From Octopus sinensis (lineage: Eukaryota): DNA of 64,000 nt. The stretch is from NCBI RefSeq assembly GCF_006345805.1, contig NC_043004.1, positions 41,726,001 through 41,790,000 of the forward strand, given 5' to 3'. Under the pieces are notes generated by a model. The model was given only the letters and a program-made list of their open reading frames with translations, was not told the origin of the DNA and made no database searches. Positions 50,203-63,806 of this stretch are shown here, piece after piece. The position numbers and the translations under genes were made by a program. Numbering within the stretch: the stretch's first letter is position 1; every line of letters begins with the position of its first letter.

Positions 50203-52489
50203 CAAAGAGTGGAGCCTGGGTTGGTAACTGACAACACCAAAATGCGGCTGGAGAAGGAAAATTATCATACCGTCTGGCCTTTTGCCATTCCTTCGGTCTA
50301 ATCCCACTGACTGGAGCTGGAAAGGGAAACCTGCAGCGTGAGCTAGTCATAGCTGAAACGTTTTCGATTATATGATTATAGAATCTTTGGTTTTATCATA
50401 TTCTTGATATTTTTGATAGTTCAATGCGAGTCGACTTGTGAGTAATCGCAACAACAAAAACAGCAGCTATCCTTAGATGAATACATTATAGCGTTGATTT
50501 TCGCCTTACAAGGTCTAAAATGTGTGTTTTCTTACAGTATCATCTTATGGACCTGAAAAAAATGTCAGTATGTAACATATATAATGATCCTTTGTGAGTT
50601 ACTGTTTTCATTGAAACATTATAGCATGAAAATAATTATATCGCCTAATGAATTTGTTAGGCGTCAGAATTCAATCACTGGAACGCTGGACGTTTCCAAG
50701 AATGGGGAGATGAACAATCGAAAACAACATAGAGGCTGCCGAGAAAGCATCTAAATGACTCTGATTGAAAAGAGACCGTCGGTGGTGTCTGTAGAATATT
50801 GTTTGGACATAGATCTAGGGTTGTTCAACCTAACACTGTTAGTCTGGATGAAGGTGCATCTTTTAAAACTCGAAACATCCAGTGACCGCAGGACACAACA
50901 TCGGCGATTCGTTCAAATATTTCATCCGTAAATTAATGTTGAACTTGCTATAATAATCATTCGAAAGAAGTAGCATTCCCACTTAAGTAGACATCGCTTT
51001 GTACAGAAGAAACTTGTCAAAAAATAAAATTAAAAGAATTACGAAGAAATACATTTCACAAAAGCCTATTCTTTGTATTTACACAGTGAAACCTTTAACT
51101 GATATGATCTTCATTTCTCTGGAGTGCTATCGAAGGAAATCTGACTCTTATTGCTAGAATGTCGGGTGATATGAATTTTAAAGCAGAGGAATTTCAAAGT
51201 TTCGAACACTTATGGTTTGGGCAAAATAAAACAATTTTGCAACAAAATTGTCACGTGACTTCCCTTATTTCTTTCTCACACACTACAACAATAAAATCTC
51301 AAATTGTTCATGATATATCTAAGCATCTAAATAATATCGTAATAGTAATATGCTTTGAATGGGAACCGTGTTTACTGATGTTAAAATTAACAGCAATACT
51401 TTTATTGAAATTATGGATAGAAGGCATTTTATACGTTAGGGAAGCAGCAGATATTTTTCTGTGACAAACTTCACTCTACAGAAACCAACCGTATTCGCAG
51501 GTAAAAATATTCAAGATGATAACTATTCTTTAAATCTATTTCTGTCCTTTCGAAGCGTTTCCCATACTCTTTTTCGTTGCATTGTAATTGTTTGAGATCT
51601 TTTTTTTTCGTATATAGATACTTGTGTATATTTGTCAGATGTATACTTAATTTTAGCAGCTTTTTGAATTTCCTAACCTACTCGATATATATCCAACATT
51701 TCTAACAAATTCACTCCTTTCATTTCTTTTTGTAAATGCTTCCGCTTTCATATCTTATGTTTGTTCATAATTTCATATTAACATTATTACTAAAATTTCA
51801 AATTTCGTGTATTTTTCTTTCTTCTGTAATTGATGGCGCGGTTGTAGTAGTTGCCGTGGTTGTTGCTGTCGTTCTTTACTGTTAATTTACATGTAGTTGT
51901 TGTTAATGTTATTGCTAAGTCAATTTGTTCCTAGTTTCATATTATGTCCTCAAATGACTATTCCTAAACGCAATTTTGAAAATTATATTACTAAAATATA
52001 ATTATTGAAAATAATGAGGAAATATCTGAAACTGTGTTATTTCGTACATTTCTTCCTGTCCTTTTCTTCATTCTTTTGTTTGTATTTGTTTACTTTTGGT
52101 TTGTTGAGTTGTGTGCTAGAAATGATACGTTCATGAAAACGTACGGTCCCCAGTAGGAAGTATACCCACTTTGCAAAAACGGAACACCACTGCAAATACC
52201 CCAGCTACATTGCAATATCCCAACTGCAAAGGTAGAAAAACGGAACACAAAGAAGATTCATGGAAACTTAGTAATTCTATGACAAAGAAACTTGGTTCAA
52301 ATGTTCAAGAAAAGGTTGTCATAAAATGACTTTTTAATGTGGCTTAGTAAGATGAAAAGTAGTGAGTTTTTACCTTTGCGGATTTTTCGAGGTTGATGGG
52401 AGAGACAAAAGAACGAAACAACACTCATGTGTTAATATTGGGGGAAGCGGTTCGAGTACATAAAACTACCTTGACTCTGCTAAAAGTGT

Positions 52490-52729
52490 CCATGGGAAAG
52501 GAGCTGGCAGAAACGTTAGCACGCCGGGCGAAATGCGTAGCCGTATTTCGTCTGTCGTTACGTTGTGAGTTCAAATTCCGCCGAGGTCGACTTTGCCTTT
52601 CATCCTTTCGGGGTCGATAAATTAAGTACCAGTTACGCACTGGGGTCGATATAATCGACTTAATACCTATGTCTGTCCTTGTTTGTCCCCTCTATGCTTA
52701 GCCCCTTGTGGGTAATAAAGAAATAGGTA
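52490..52729 (+). mobile_element. SINE family B, full length
   Basis: GAGCTGGCAGAAACGTTAGC...GAGTTCAAATTCC...GTCGACTTTGCCTTTCATCCTTTCGGGGTCG...AAAGAAATAGGTA. Confidence 0.92.
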
Positions 52730-53499
52730 GTAATATTAAACTGGTGGGTGGGTGAGGACTTACACTTATTCAATTGAATTCAGTTTCATATAATTATTTC
52801 GAGGCTCGTGGTGTTGACATAACTTCTGTGGAGTTAGATGTCTTTAAATGCCGTGTAACAGAATTATATTGCTGACAATGAACTGGAGGAGATTTGGTGT
52901 ATATAGTTGGCATGAAGAAGAGGTTCATATTACGATGTCTAATTTTGAAGGTAATTTGTTTGGGTAAATATAGACCTGACACGGCATTGATTAGGATAAA
53001 TAAGTGAGCAATTATTTGTGTAGTTTGAAGATCTGGAAATGGTTGTTCAACCTCAGCTCAGTTGCAGGCAATAAATTTGATGAATACACAATTCCACTAG
53101 ACCATATAACCCAGAAAATGTACCTGACTTATTGCGTCGAAACAGAGAAACCCAACATTGACTGTGTTCACTCAAGAACTTCGGCAAATATTGCAATGAT
53201 ATGTGACAGACGGAAATATCAATATTCGTATTACCATAAAAACTGACAAAAAAACCTGATATAACAAAATTTGTATTGCTGCATCAGTTGCGTTCGTTAT
53301 CACAACCTACGCTCGCTTTAAGATTTTGCAACATCATCGATTGATGTCATCTATTGGATGAATAAACCAGTAGAAAATCTATGAACGTGCTAAGCTATTA
53401 ACTATATTATAATATTGGAACGATTGTATATACCCTGCTTCATAATATATTTATTATATGAGAAATAGCTGAGTCTTGCGCGTAATCAAAACCACTCGG

Positions 53500-54100
53500 T
53501 CTCCACTTTCAGTGAAGCCGCTGTTAGCTTATTTTCTTCGTCCAATTTTGCATTGTTCATTATTTCATGTATTAGGCTAGGCTTCTAGAGAGGTTCTTTG
53601 CCATCGCCTGAGCAAACACTTCTGTACTTAGATTTTAGTAGTATAAATAGTTTCTGTTTTTGTTTGTCCACCATTCTCCCTACAGTCTGTTATATTAGTC
53701 TATATTTCACATGATGACAGAAAGAAATATTTTGTTATCTCTAAAGTTGGAATAGTTTCTTTTGCTTTGTACCAAGTTTAGAGTTATTCCTGTTAGTTTC
53801 CTTTTATCTTCCACAAAAGCAGTCTTTTATCTTCCACAAAAGTAGTCTTTTCTTAAAATACATTTCTAGTTGCAGAAAACCATTCCTACCTCACAGCGTT
53901 TATGATAAATATAATTAGTTTGGTTGATGCATTCTGAATGCAGTGATTATTTGTCTTTGTTCCCTTATCCACAAATTTGTTAATTTGCCTTTTGCTCTCT
54001 GAGAGACTTTTCAGATATTTAGTTTCGGAACATCTTAGTTGATGTCTATTAACTTATTCTGTGATATTTAACATAGTTTTAAGTATCAGACTAATGATTC
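53500..54100 (-). pseudogene. Highly degraded RTE-like LINE 3' region
   Basis: Faint RT C-terminal-like pattern on minus; 24-bp tandem duplication at ~53803-53850. Confidence 0.3.
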
Positions 54101-54611
54101 TATAATAATTCTTCATTAATACTGTCGTACATGCATATCTGTTATACAACGACTCGCTTATTATTACCAAAACATTAGGAAGTATTTAGTCAAATTCGCT
54201 AATGTCTATTACTTTGTCTAATACAAAACCATTGAATTTTTAATAAATATCAACATTCCTCACTTTAAGACGCATTATTCGCGATCAGTTCACCATAGAT
54301 GAATTTGAAAGATGCAAAGTATCAAACTAGAGGTCAGACAGAAAGATAAACACTAACAAGTGAGACCAGACGTACTCACACTACAAGAAAGAGAGAAGAA
54401 AGTGATTAGAAATATGAAGTATAGATGCGTCACCCCTACTCCAGCACATACAATGAGCCAAGAAGTATATCAACAATGTGTCGGATTCTATATGGTACAT
54501 GAGGGAGGAAAGCACTGAAATATGGATCAGTAGTGACTCCATGGCGTAACTTGTAGGCGCACTATACCGGGTGACAAATAAACAACGTGATATTTAACGA
54601 CCTATATAAAA

Positions 54612-54842
54612 CACGGCGAGCTGGCAGAAGCGTTAGCGCGCTGGGCGAAATGCTTAGCCGTATTTCGTCTGTCGTTACGTTGTGAGTTCAAATTCCGCCG
54701 AGGTCGACTTTGCCTTTCATCCTTTCGGGGTCAATAAATTAAGTATTAGTTATGCACTGGGGTCGATATAATCGACTTAATCCCTTTGTCTGTCCTTGTT
54801 TGTCCCCTCTATGTTTAGCCCCTTGTGGGCAGTAAAGAAATA
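54612..54842 (+). mobile_element. SINE family B, full length
   Basis: GGCGAGCTGGCAGAAGCGTTAGC head through ...GTAAAGAAATA. Confidence 0.92.
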
Positions 54843-55089
54843 TATATATAAAACACTTCCGTTTGATATTAGAGGAGCATGGAAATGTTTTCTACTTCAG
54901 CTCATCTCTCACAAGACTGCTAGGAACTCACTCATAAAAGCCCGCACAGAAATCTCTGACCTAATTTTATTGGAGAGTAGTGTTCTATTAAGGGTGGTGG
55001 TAGAAGGTAGGATGGCCAGATGTTAGATTTCTGAGGCACCAGACACACTAGCGTAGTTTGACGCGAACATAAAAAACAGGTATTTTGTG

Positions 55090-55420
55090 TGAAATCACTC
55101 TGGAAATGAAGTACCAAAGCGAACATTATCATCACGTCATGCTTTTTTAGTTTAGAATAGTCGAGAAAGTTACAGAAACCTGCAGGAAGATGTGTGATGT
55201 TTACGGATGAGATGCTGTAAGAGAACGTGTGTACCAGAAGTGGTTTCCATGACAGCGATTGGGAAATTTTTCCCTTCAAGATGCATCTCACACTTGGTGA
55301 CCAACTGGGAAAAAAGAAAAAAAGTGAAGTGGTTAACCGAGACAAACCCACGTTATACGACCAAAACGATCGCAAATATTCTCAAAATATCGAAATCAAG
55401 TGTTAAAAACTATATACCTT
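55090..55420 (+). mobile_element. Mariner N-terminal (HTH) remnant
   Basis: HYHHVMLF*FR...ETCRKMCDVYG*DAVRERVYQKWF; ETNPRYTTKTIANILKISKSSVKNY. Confidence 0.8.
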
Positions 55421-55439
55421 ATTTATATTATTTACAATT

Positions 55440-55511
55440 GACGGGCTACTAAGCCCAAGATTCCGAGTTCGATTCCAGACAGTGACTTGAATAATAATAA
55501 TAATAATAATA

Positions 55512-55548
<37 letters not shown>

Positions 55549-55912
55549 TATAATAGTAATAATAATAATAATTATAATAGTAATAATAATAATAATTATA
55601 ATAGTAATAATAATAGTAATATAATATAATAGTAATAATAATAGTAATATAATATAATAGTAATACTACTACTAATAATATAGTAATAATAATATAATAT
55701 AATAGTAATAATAATAATAGTAATAATAATAATAATAGTAATAATAATAACATCAGAAAATATATTAGGAATGAGAACCTAGGTTCGAAATTTTGATGAA
55801 GGCCGGAGGGTACATCAGCCGAAACGTTGTGTTAACAACAAAGAAGATGAGGACAAATATCCGTCAATTGTAAATAATGTACATAATTCCTCATCTCTTA
55901 AATATAGAACTG
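55440..55912 (+). mobile_element. Stand-alone copy of the hammerhead-bearing pLTR/SINE-like unit
   Basis: Box B GAGTTCGATTCC, expanded (TAA)n, TTGATGA-A-GGCCG..CAGCC-GAAACGTT-GTGT (55793-55832), same tail as 17112-17432. Confidence 0.85.
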
Positions 55913-56245
55913 TGTTAAAAACTATCTTCACCAAATAAATTAAATTAACAGGGTCGATGTTGGGGTCCCTCATCAATTGTATGGAACGAAACTCTACTGG
56001 CAAAGCCTTAAACGAAGCAGGGGTTATCATCTTTATACCGGTATAGGTTAAGCAAGATCAGGATCCTAGCCGTCTATTTTATCGACTCTACGCAGTGAGA
56101 CCGAACGTGGATTGTTGTTTTTAGGCAGCTATCTTCTTACCACATATACATGTATGATTGCGCGTCTGTGTATGCGTATGTATCTGATATATACCAATGT
56201 GAATGTGTGTGTTTCTGTATATGTTATAGGTATATATATGTATGA

Positions 56246-56276
<31 letters not shown>

Positions 56277-56456
56277 TGTATGTATGTATGTATGTATGTA
56301 TGTATGTATGTATCTCTGTCTGTTTGTCTCTCTCTCTCTCTATATATATATATATGTGCATACATGCATATATAAGTCATATATATGTGTATATGCATGT
56401 TATGTATACATTTATGTATTTCTGCGTGCCTCGCTCGCTCTATGTATGTATGTATG

Positions 56457-57060
56457 TCATTATTCAGTTTATTTCAAGATTTCTTGCCAATAGAGAAAGA
56501 ACCGGTTTCTAACCCAAATCCAAGGCACCTTCATTGGAATTTCAGCATCAACAAGGTATTGTTTTTTCTATATATGTAAGTATGTATGTTTTATGTATGT
56601 ATTCTCATGCACATAGTTACATATCCAGACATGCTCATATATCTTTAAATGATAAACTTCTGGAAAGTTTTATATATTTTTACAGTTCCAGTGATGGATT
56701 GGATCTGTAGTCTTCGAATTAACTTTCTCCTTTCTGGTTTTGAGAAGCCTGGTTTTTCAAGATTGGTATGTAGACAGTGTGTTACATATCCCAGGGCCCC
56801 ACTAATTACAGGTATATACCTGAACCTGCAATCTGGATAGACTAACAACAAATTTCTCAATAGTTCAGCATAGGTTTTCCCTTTTTCACTGATCTCCAGA
56901 TTTATGTTAACATCTGCTGGGCAGCTAATTTCTACAACTGTGCACAGTTTCTCTTCTCTATCCCAAATCATTATATCATGTCTGTTGTACCTACATTCTA
57001 TTGAGGTCTTCACTGGTACATTCCACCAGTATTACTTTTTATTATGAGTGGCTGTATATT
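56457..57060 (-). mobile_element. 5'-truncated RLE-type (R2-superfamily) retrotransposon embedded in (CATA)n
   Basis: YWWNVPVKTSIECRYNRHDIMIWDREEKLCTVVEISCPADVN..EK..YAELLR..PVISGALG..TGTVKIYKTFQKFII*; 3' UTR ends AAATAAACTGAATAATGA+(CATA)n; 5' junction also (CATA)n. Confidence 0.85.
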
Positions 57061-57118
57061 TGTATGTATGTATGTATGTATGTATGTATGTATGTATGTA
57101 TGTATGTATGTATGTATG

Positions 57119-57150
<32 letters not shown>

Positions 57151-57250
57151 ATGTATGTATGTATGTATGTCTGCATGTATGTCTCTATGTATGTATGCAT
57201 GCATGTCTGTATGTGTCTGCCTGTTGTCTGTCTGTCTGTATGCATGTTCA
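57061..57250. repeat. (TATG)n microsatellite
   Basis: Visible. Confidence 0.95.
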
Positions 57251-58089
57251 TGCTTGTGTTCAAATTTAAAAACTTCGAAAACAACACATTATTTTTTCAG
57301 ACTTTCCTCCAGCGTTACTTTATTTCTGGTTTGTTATGAAAGTTTTCGTTTGATTGTTTTGGATTTTCAAATACTTAGGCATCGAGGGATGTATGTGTTG
57401 TTTTTCGTAAATTGTAAAAAGCAACTCCCCCACCCTCAAAACAAAAGAGAAATATTGAGAAAATATAAAAGAAAATAATTTCACATTGGTTTCGATAAAA
57501 TAATACAAAAGTATATGAAGAAAAGAATCAGAAAGTTTAGTCCTTTGGGGTAAAGCAATATTTGTGTTGTAGAAACATTATGTCTTTGTCGATGTTGTTA
57601 GCTAATACGGTAGTGGGGTTATTATAACATAACATTTTTCGAAATAGGAGAAGCATTTAAGTGGATCTTGAAAATTATTGTAGCTTAGATGACTGATCTT
57701 TTTCCTTTCAGATCTGACATCTTTGACGGCAAACAACACGAAGATGTATCTAGTGCATAATACTTGTGTGAGATACAGAAATTCTTCATTGACAGAAAGA
57801 AAGAAAACAAGATAACACAAATATCTTTATTTTGTTCTATGTCATTTTGCCGTTAACCGTCAAACTAGGAGACATATTTTTTCTAGCTTCGAGTCTGGAG
57901 AGGCTAAAATTTGAAGAGAAAGTGGGACGGGGTGGATACATACGTATGGAGCATTCCTTTCGATGTGTATTTTAAGAAATCTGTGAATATACATGAGTTT
58001 GTCGTTTCGTGTGTGCATAACAATATTCCCAAACAGACATTTGCGTAAATGCGTGTATCTGTGTAGGTGTGTACATGTGAATATCTGCG

Positions 58090-58432
58090 TGAGTGATTGT
58101 ATGTATGTATGTATGTATGTATGTATGTATGTATGTATGTATGTATGTATGTAGGTGTGTGTATGTATTATGTATATATGTGTATGTATGTATGTATGTA
58201 TGCATGTATGTATGTGTGTATATGTATTATGTATGTATGTGTATGTATGTATGTATGTATGTATGTATGTATGTATGTATGTATGTATGTATGCATGTAT
58301 GTGTTCACGAGTATGGGTGTAAGCACGTATGTAGATGTGCATGTATGTATATAAAGGGGAAAATTATCAGAAAAGCGATTTCTATTCATTATTTCAAATA
58401 TGTATGTATATATATGTATATATATATATATG

Positions 58433-58493
<61 letters not shown>

Positions 58494-58495
58494 CG
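58090..58495. repeat. (TATG)n/(TA)n microsatellites
   Basis: Visible. Confidence 0.9.
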
Positions 58496-59099
58496 GCAAA
58501 ACGAAAATGAAGGGGATACAAAAATGACATACATTAGCCGATAGACATTCTATTATGTCTATTTATTCCAAAATCACGGGACCACGTGATTTGACGTGAC
58601 CGACCAGACCATCAGATGTTGTTACACATCACTGGTCACAATGCGTTCGCATTGTTTTAGCCTTCGAATGACGCCACCCCGCTGGCGTCATTTTTATTCC
58701 AAAATAAAAGTGAGTATTATAAGAATACAGACACATACAAGGAGTGTGTACTACACAAATATACAAATATATACCCGTAATACATAAAAGAGTAAAAGAT
58801 TAAAAGATCAGTTCCTTATGGCCGTTTCTGTCAAGAGGCCACGACATTCTCCATGCTAGCTCCATCTCTTCAGTGTTCTGCAGTGATGGGTGGATAGGGT
58901 TTGGATATTGAGTGTGCCTCTAGGCTTCAACAGAAGGTCTAGATATCTAGGAAAGCCGATACATTCAAGAGTCAGTTACTAATAAGTACAGTATATTTAA
59001 CGCATTCGGACAAAACTAGAAATATCTATAATATCGACTCTAACATATACGACGAACTCATCCACACAGAAATCACAATAAAAGTATAAGGTAGTCCGT

Positions 59100-59600
59100 T
59101 ATAGCTCACTAAAGAAGATAAACCTAGAAGCCAGAAATATAATGTTGTATTTTAATTTAAGAGATAAGACAGAGCCATTTACTCCAATTAGACCCCGTGT
59201 AGCGATTAAGGATCACGAAGAAAATTTTCTAAATAAAACACAAGTTAGATTAATTTGCCCTAACAAATCTGACGTAGGTAAGCTTAGTAAAGTAATCTTA
59301 GATAAATATATAAATATTTACTAATGATAAAAAATAAAGTTAAACGAGAACTATGGAGTAACATCCAAGGTGCACTAGATTTGTACTCCAATATACAGAT
59401 AGAAAACAGATGTAACCAAAAATTCATACAAATCGATATACTCCTCTATATGTAGGAGCAACCCAGAACAATATGAAACATAGGCTTAATTACCATAGGT
59501 ACACCTTTAGAAACAGAAATAGGAAAAAATCAACGGGATTGAGCAACTACATATGAGAGCTTAAGGATAAAGGAATTGATTATAACCTACATTGGAAGTG
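59100..59600 (+). mobile_element. Internally deleted Penelope-like element (RT start joined to the GIY-YIG tail)
   Basis: IKDHEENFLNKTQVRLICPNKSDVGKLSKVILDK resembles 'LKDHKENF....CRLINP.KS.IGK.SK.ILD'; then GLSNYI*ELKDKGIDYNLHWK. Confidence 0.75.
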
Positions 59601-59609
59601 ATCCCACAA

Positions 59610-60126
59610 TCTTTTTGGACCAGTGCGCGGTAGTGATGATGGATTTTCTGGCAAAGGGCTCCACAATTGATGGGACATATTATGCGTCTCTGCTGCAGAA
59701 ATTTCGGGGCGCCATCAAAACATGCTAACCAAAGAAGTCCACCTCCTCCAAGACAATGCCCCAGTTCAGAATGCGCATGTTGCCTAGATGAAAGTACAAT
59801 TCTGTGGCTATGAAATACTTCCTCATCCCCCTTATTCTCTTGACCCCGCACCATCTGACTTCCACCTCTTTGCAATCATGATGTCTTTGTTGAAGGCGAA
59901 GCACCTTTCGGATGAGGATGAACTTATTCCCAAAGCGAAGTCTTGGCTCCCTACGCAACCTACCGTCTTCTACAGACGAGGTCTTCACAGCTGCATAAAG
60001 CGATGGGAGAGGTGTATCACTATTAATGGTGGCTGTGTAGAGAAGGACTAATAATTATGCCAAGTTTTGTTTATCCCAGTTCTTGGGAAATAGGTGAAGG
60101 GAAATCTCTAATGAACACCCCTCATA
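59610..60126 (+). mobile_element. Mariner transposase 3' half (DD34D region) with right TIR
   Basis: FWDQCAVVMMDFLAKGSTIDGTYYASLL; LLQDNAPV; LPHPPYSLDPAPSDFHLF; RWERCITINGGCVEKD*; end aatgaacacccctcata. Confidence 0.9.
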
Positions 60127-62390
60127 AATTGATCCTCGATCGGTTTCGGCTATGAGGGTTTCGATTGTTTTAACAGATGCACTACCGATTCATTGAATTA
60201 GAGTAGAGTAACTGAACATTCCACAAAACCGTGTACTCTTGATATAATTCAAAGGCAGGATCAATATAAATCATGTGTCAAAGCTGGCTTTTTGGATGGC
60301 ACTTAGTCTTTCGGGCGGGCTTCCATGATTTCCTTAATTTTTTTCTATCAGCTCCTGACTTATACATAAATTGAACATTATCTATAATATATCTTTGTCA
60401 CGGGACTCGGATAAGCTGCAATAATATCAAATGCTGCTCCCTCACCTGAATTTCTCGTCAAGAAAATTAACTGTGGACTGTTACTATGAGCTACTGTATC
60501 AAGCTACATCACAAAAACCACATACACACAGTGACACACAGACAGACACAGAAGCACACAGACAGACACACACACAAATGAAGGTTTCATAAAAGACTGT
60601 AGAAAGGTTGTCCGATCTTTTGTATGCGAAGAGCACAAATTCGTTCGCGACAAATTACTATTGGCCCCATAGTATGGTAATATATAAAAATGATATACAT
60701 CAATGCCGTAATAATAGAGGTAGCGATAAAGGGATATACAAACAAACAGCCATATTGTATGTAGTTTTATACATGCACAAGTCAAAGAATTTCTTTTATG
60801 TAATGTAGGGGACTATTTCTTTGGAGTGGGTTTGAACGTCTGTCTTGCATCTTGTTATTGCAATTCTCATGTAATAACTAGCATTGGTATCTATCTTTAT
60901 ATTTTAATGTATTAACTGTCACAAATTCAGATTCGCAAATATAGTTGGACTTCTATTTACTTTTCGGCTCCTGAAGTTATCCTTAATCTTTTGGAGATCG
61001 TTTATGCATTGGCATTAAATGTAGTACTAGTCTCCAAGGGCAGTTTCCTTTTTAAACATAGAAAATGCCGCAAAGTTCTATCTATTATCACAGATTTTCT
61101 CGAATTAACTCAATTTTAACAGCATTTACTCAATGCACCATCTGTGAAATAGATTTCGTTTCTCCTAGAAAATCAAGATTAAGATTATTAAATTTTGTTG
61201 CAATAGCGTTCAAAAATGATGTAACAGCTAACGAGACTGGATAATTTATTTCGTTAAAAATCCGCATCATTGCTGTAAACAGTTTTTAACTTAGAAAGTA
61301 ACTTTTTAAAACTGCAAGGAATTTGCATTTAATAAGAGGCCAGTGTGTGTAAAATGCGATCACTATTCTCAGCTTACACTTCTTTAAAAGAACCTTACAC
61401 AGGCCGTGTCGCAGATACTTAAGTTGTATAGAGTTATGATTTTAAGAATGACCCTCATGTGGTTCTCATAATTATAACTTTTGAATATAGAACTTGATGA
61501 TGAATAACGCAGTTGTAATTTATGAAGGAGGCAAATACTTTGTCCTTTTTAAACTAACAAATATAAAAAGAATAGAAACCTCTATTTGTATTTCTATCAT
61601 TGTTGAGGCACTAAGTGATGTACGTGAGACTAACTTTTGAAGAGTTACATTATTTCCTCAATCACTTCTAAGCTTGATAAATATTTTTATCGCTCGTTTT
61701 CTCTTTTCGAGGAATGAGAGTCGAAAATCCCTCCGCGTGGTTTGAGAAAAATAAATCCTACGCTTAAAGACATGGAAGTAACAGAAACAATATCAGTTTA
61801 TTCATTAAGCACCGAGCTAAAAATCTGACTTTTCCAAATCTAATTGAATTTAGTTTTGTATACTTTGAGACATATACCGTTCTGTACATAACTATATTCC
61901 ATGCAAGTTGTATCAATTTTATTGCGGAAATACTACTTTATTTGTTGAAACCAAACTGAGTAAGTCCCAGCTATAAATTCTTTTTATCGTTTCGTATAAT
62001 TGAAAAGTTTTTCTTTGTTGTGTGGCAAACATTTATTTTGAAAATATATTTTGTTTCTCTATCAACCAACTCATTTTACAGTTTCTATAATTTAGTCTCT
62101 CTTGATATGATTTTTAATATCATGAACATAGTGGCAGGTTCGAAACATGTGTTCCCCATCGCATTACTTAAAATGAACTACGATGGTGCGGCACACTATG
62201 CAGGTACAATAATTGTTTTTATAACAAGTAAAAATCAAAAAAATGTTTTGCTATGTGCTCATGTCATTAAGGTGACCGCAGGTTAAGATTTATATACATC
62301 TTTATACACATTCATTATATGTATTTGTATGTATGAATGTATCTAGCTATATAACTATCTATCTATCTTTCTATCTGTATGAATTTATAT

Positions 62391-62722
62391 CATTGATTAA
62401 AATCTTAGGGTAGCAAGAATATTCATAGAAAAATTCTTAGTTACCAGTGGTCTAGCGAGAAAGAAAAAATTAGTCAATAGACCATATATTATTCAAAGAA
62501 GAATACAGTGTACGTTCAAACACAAAAGAGATACCCGAAGAATAGGATATCTGACTCGCTAGAAAGAGCAGTTAAAACTTCAAGCCCCCAATTGTTGTAA
62601 TTCCGAAGGTGGTAAAAGTTTTTATTTTCCAATCACTTTCGGAATTACAACAATTGGTGGCTTGGAGTTTTAACTGCTCTTTCTAGCGAGTCAGATATCC
62701 TATTCTTCGGGTATCTCTTTTG
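62391..62722. mobile_element. Fold-back insertion related to the hammerhead-array unit, with a 15-bp TSD
   Basis: ~90-bp inverted arms (~62520-62608 / ~62637-62724); TSD tgtatgaatttatat at 62376-62390 and 62723-62737; shares agggtag and accagtggtctagc with the 503-bp unit. Confidence 0.85.
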
Positions 62723-63366
62723 TGTATGAATTTATATATATAAAACAATATATTGATCATACAACGACCGTAAAATATCACTGAACGAAACTAATTAATA
62801 GGAATGTATCCTTCTCGTAACAATACAATAAACTAACCAGTGCACAGCCTTAAGTTTATTACAGGCCACAAACTTGTGGCTTGTATGTTTGTTTTATGAC
62901 TTACGAAGAATGCGTTCAATAAATATAGAATAATGCACTGCGGCAGTAATGTTTGATGCAAGTCCCATCAATTTATTTTCATTATCGAAAACTTTTGTTC
63001 TTTAATTACTCTTATTGTCGGTCATGTAACACGAACCCATAAAATGTCGACCATGACGAAGAATTGTAAGAAAGACATCCAACTAACTGTGGTAGTCGCT
63101 CCACAATACTTGACTTCGATTTTGATAAACCCATAGATTTAGATGAAGATTTTTGTGGAAATGCTGGAGATGGATTTCGATATATATTATCCTATATTTC
63201 TAAGTTTTTATCAAACAAAATTACTCTTTTTGCTTGTAGTATCCTCATTGCTTAGTGTTTTAAAATTCAATTTCAAATATATTCGTCACCATAAGAAAAA
63301 CTTAGACAACGAACATGCCATTATATATGCTTATATCTTTAGAGAATGGGCAGATATTGGTAACTG

Positions 63367-63806
63367 GGATCTTTTCGGTTTGAACGGCAGTTTTTTCTAG
63401 CGGTGTCATATGAAATTGTCACCCATAATTATGACCCTGGTATCGATCTATTGCATTTCAATCTGTTTTAGGGTTAGGGTTAGTTAGGGTTAGGGGTGGG
63501 GGAAGGGTTAGGGTTAGGGTTAGGGTTAGGGTTCACAAATGTAAATAAACCCAATCTGTTTCTTAAACGAGGGACATATTCATACGGCACAGAACGTTTA
63601 TTACCTCAATACACGTCATTGATTGGTTGAAATTGCAGAAATTGAAGAAAAAAAAAACAACAAATATCATACAAACTATAGAATTTTCTCAATAAAGCCG
63701 AGAGAAAAAGATGTTTTATAAACACATTCTAGCAGTATACGAAGTTAAAATTTTTTTAGTTACCTAGAAATTATGTTAAAAACTGCCGTTCAAACCGAAA
63801 AGATCC
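63367..63806. mobile_element. 440-bp MITE with 30-bp TIRs, 8-bp TSD and internal (TTAGGG)n
   Basis: TIR GGATCTTTTCGGTTTGAACGGCAGTTTTT at both ends; TSD GGTAACTG at 63359-63366 and 63807-63814; telomere-like repeats 63468-63533. Confidence 0.92.

Noticed and set aside
63468-63533. Telomere or chromosome-end signal
   Set aside because: Short and enclosed by MITE TIRs
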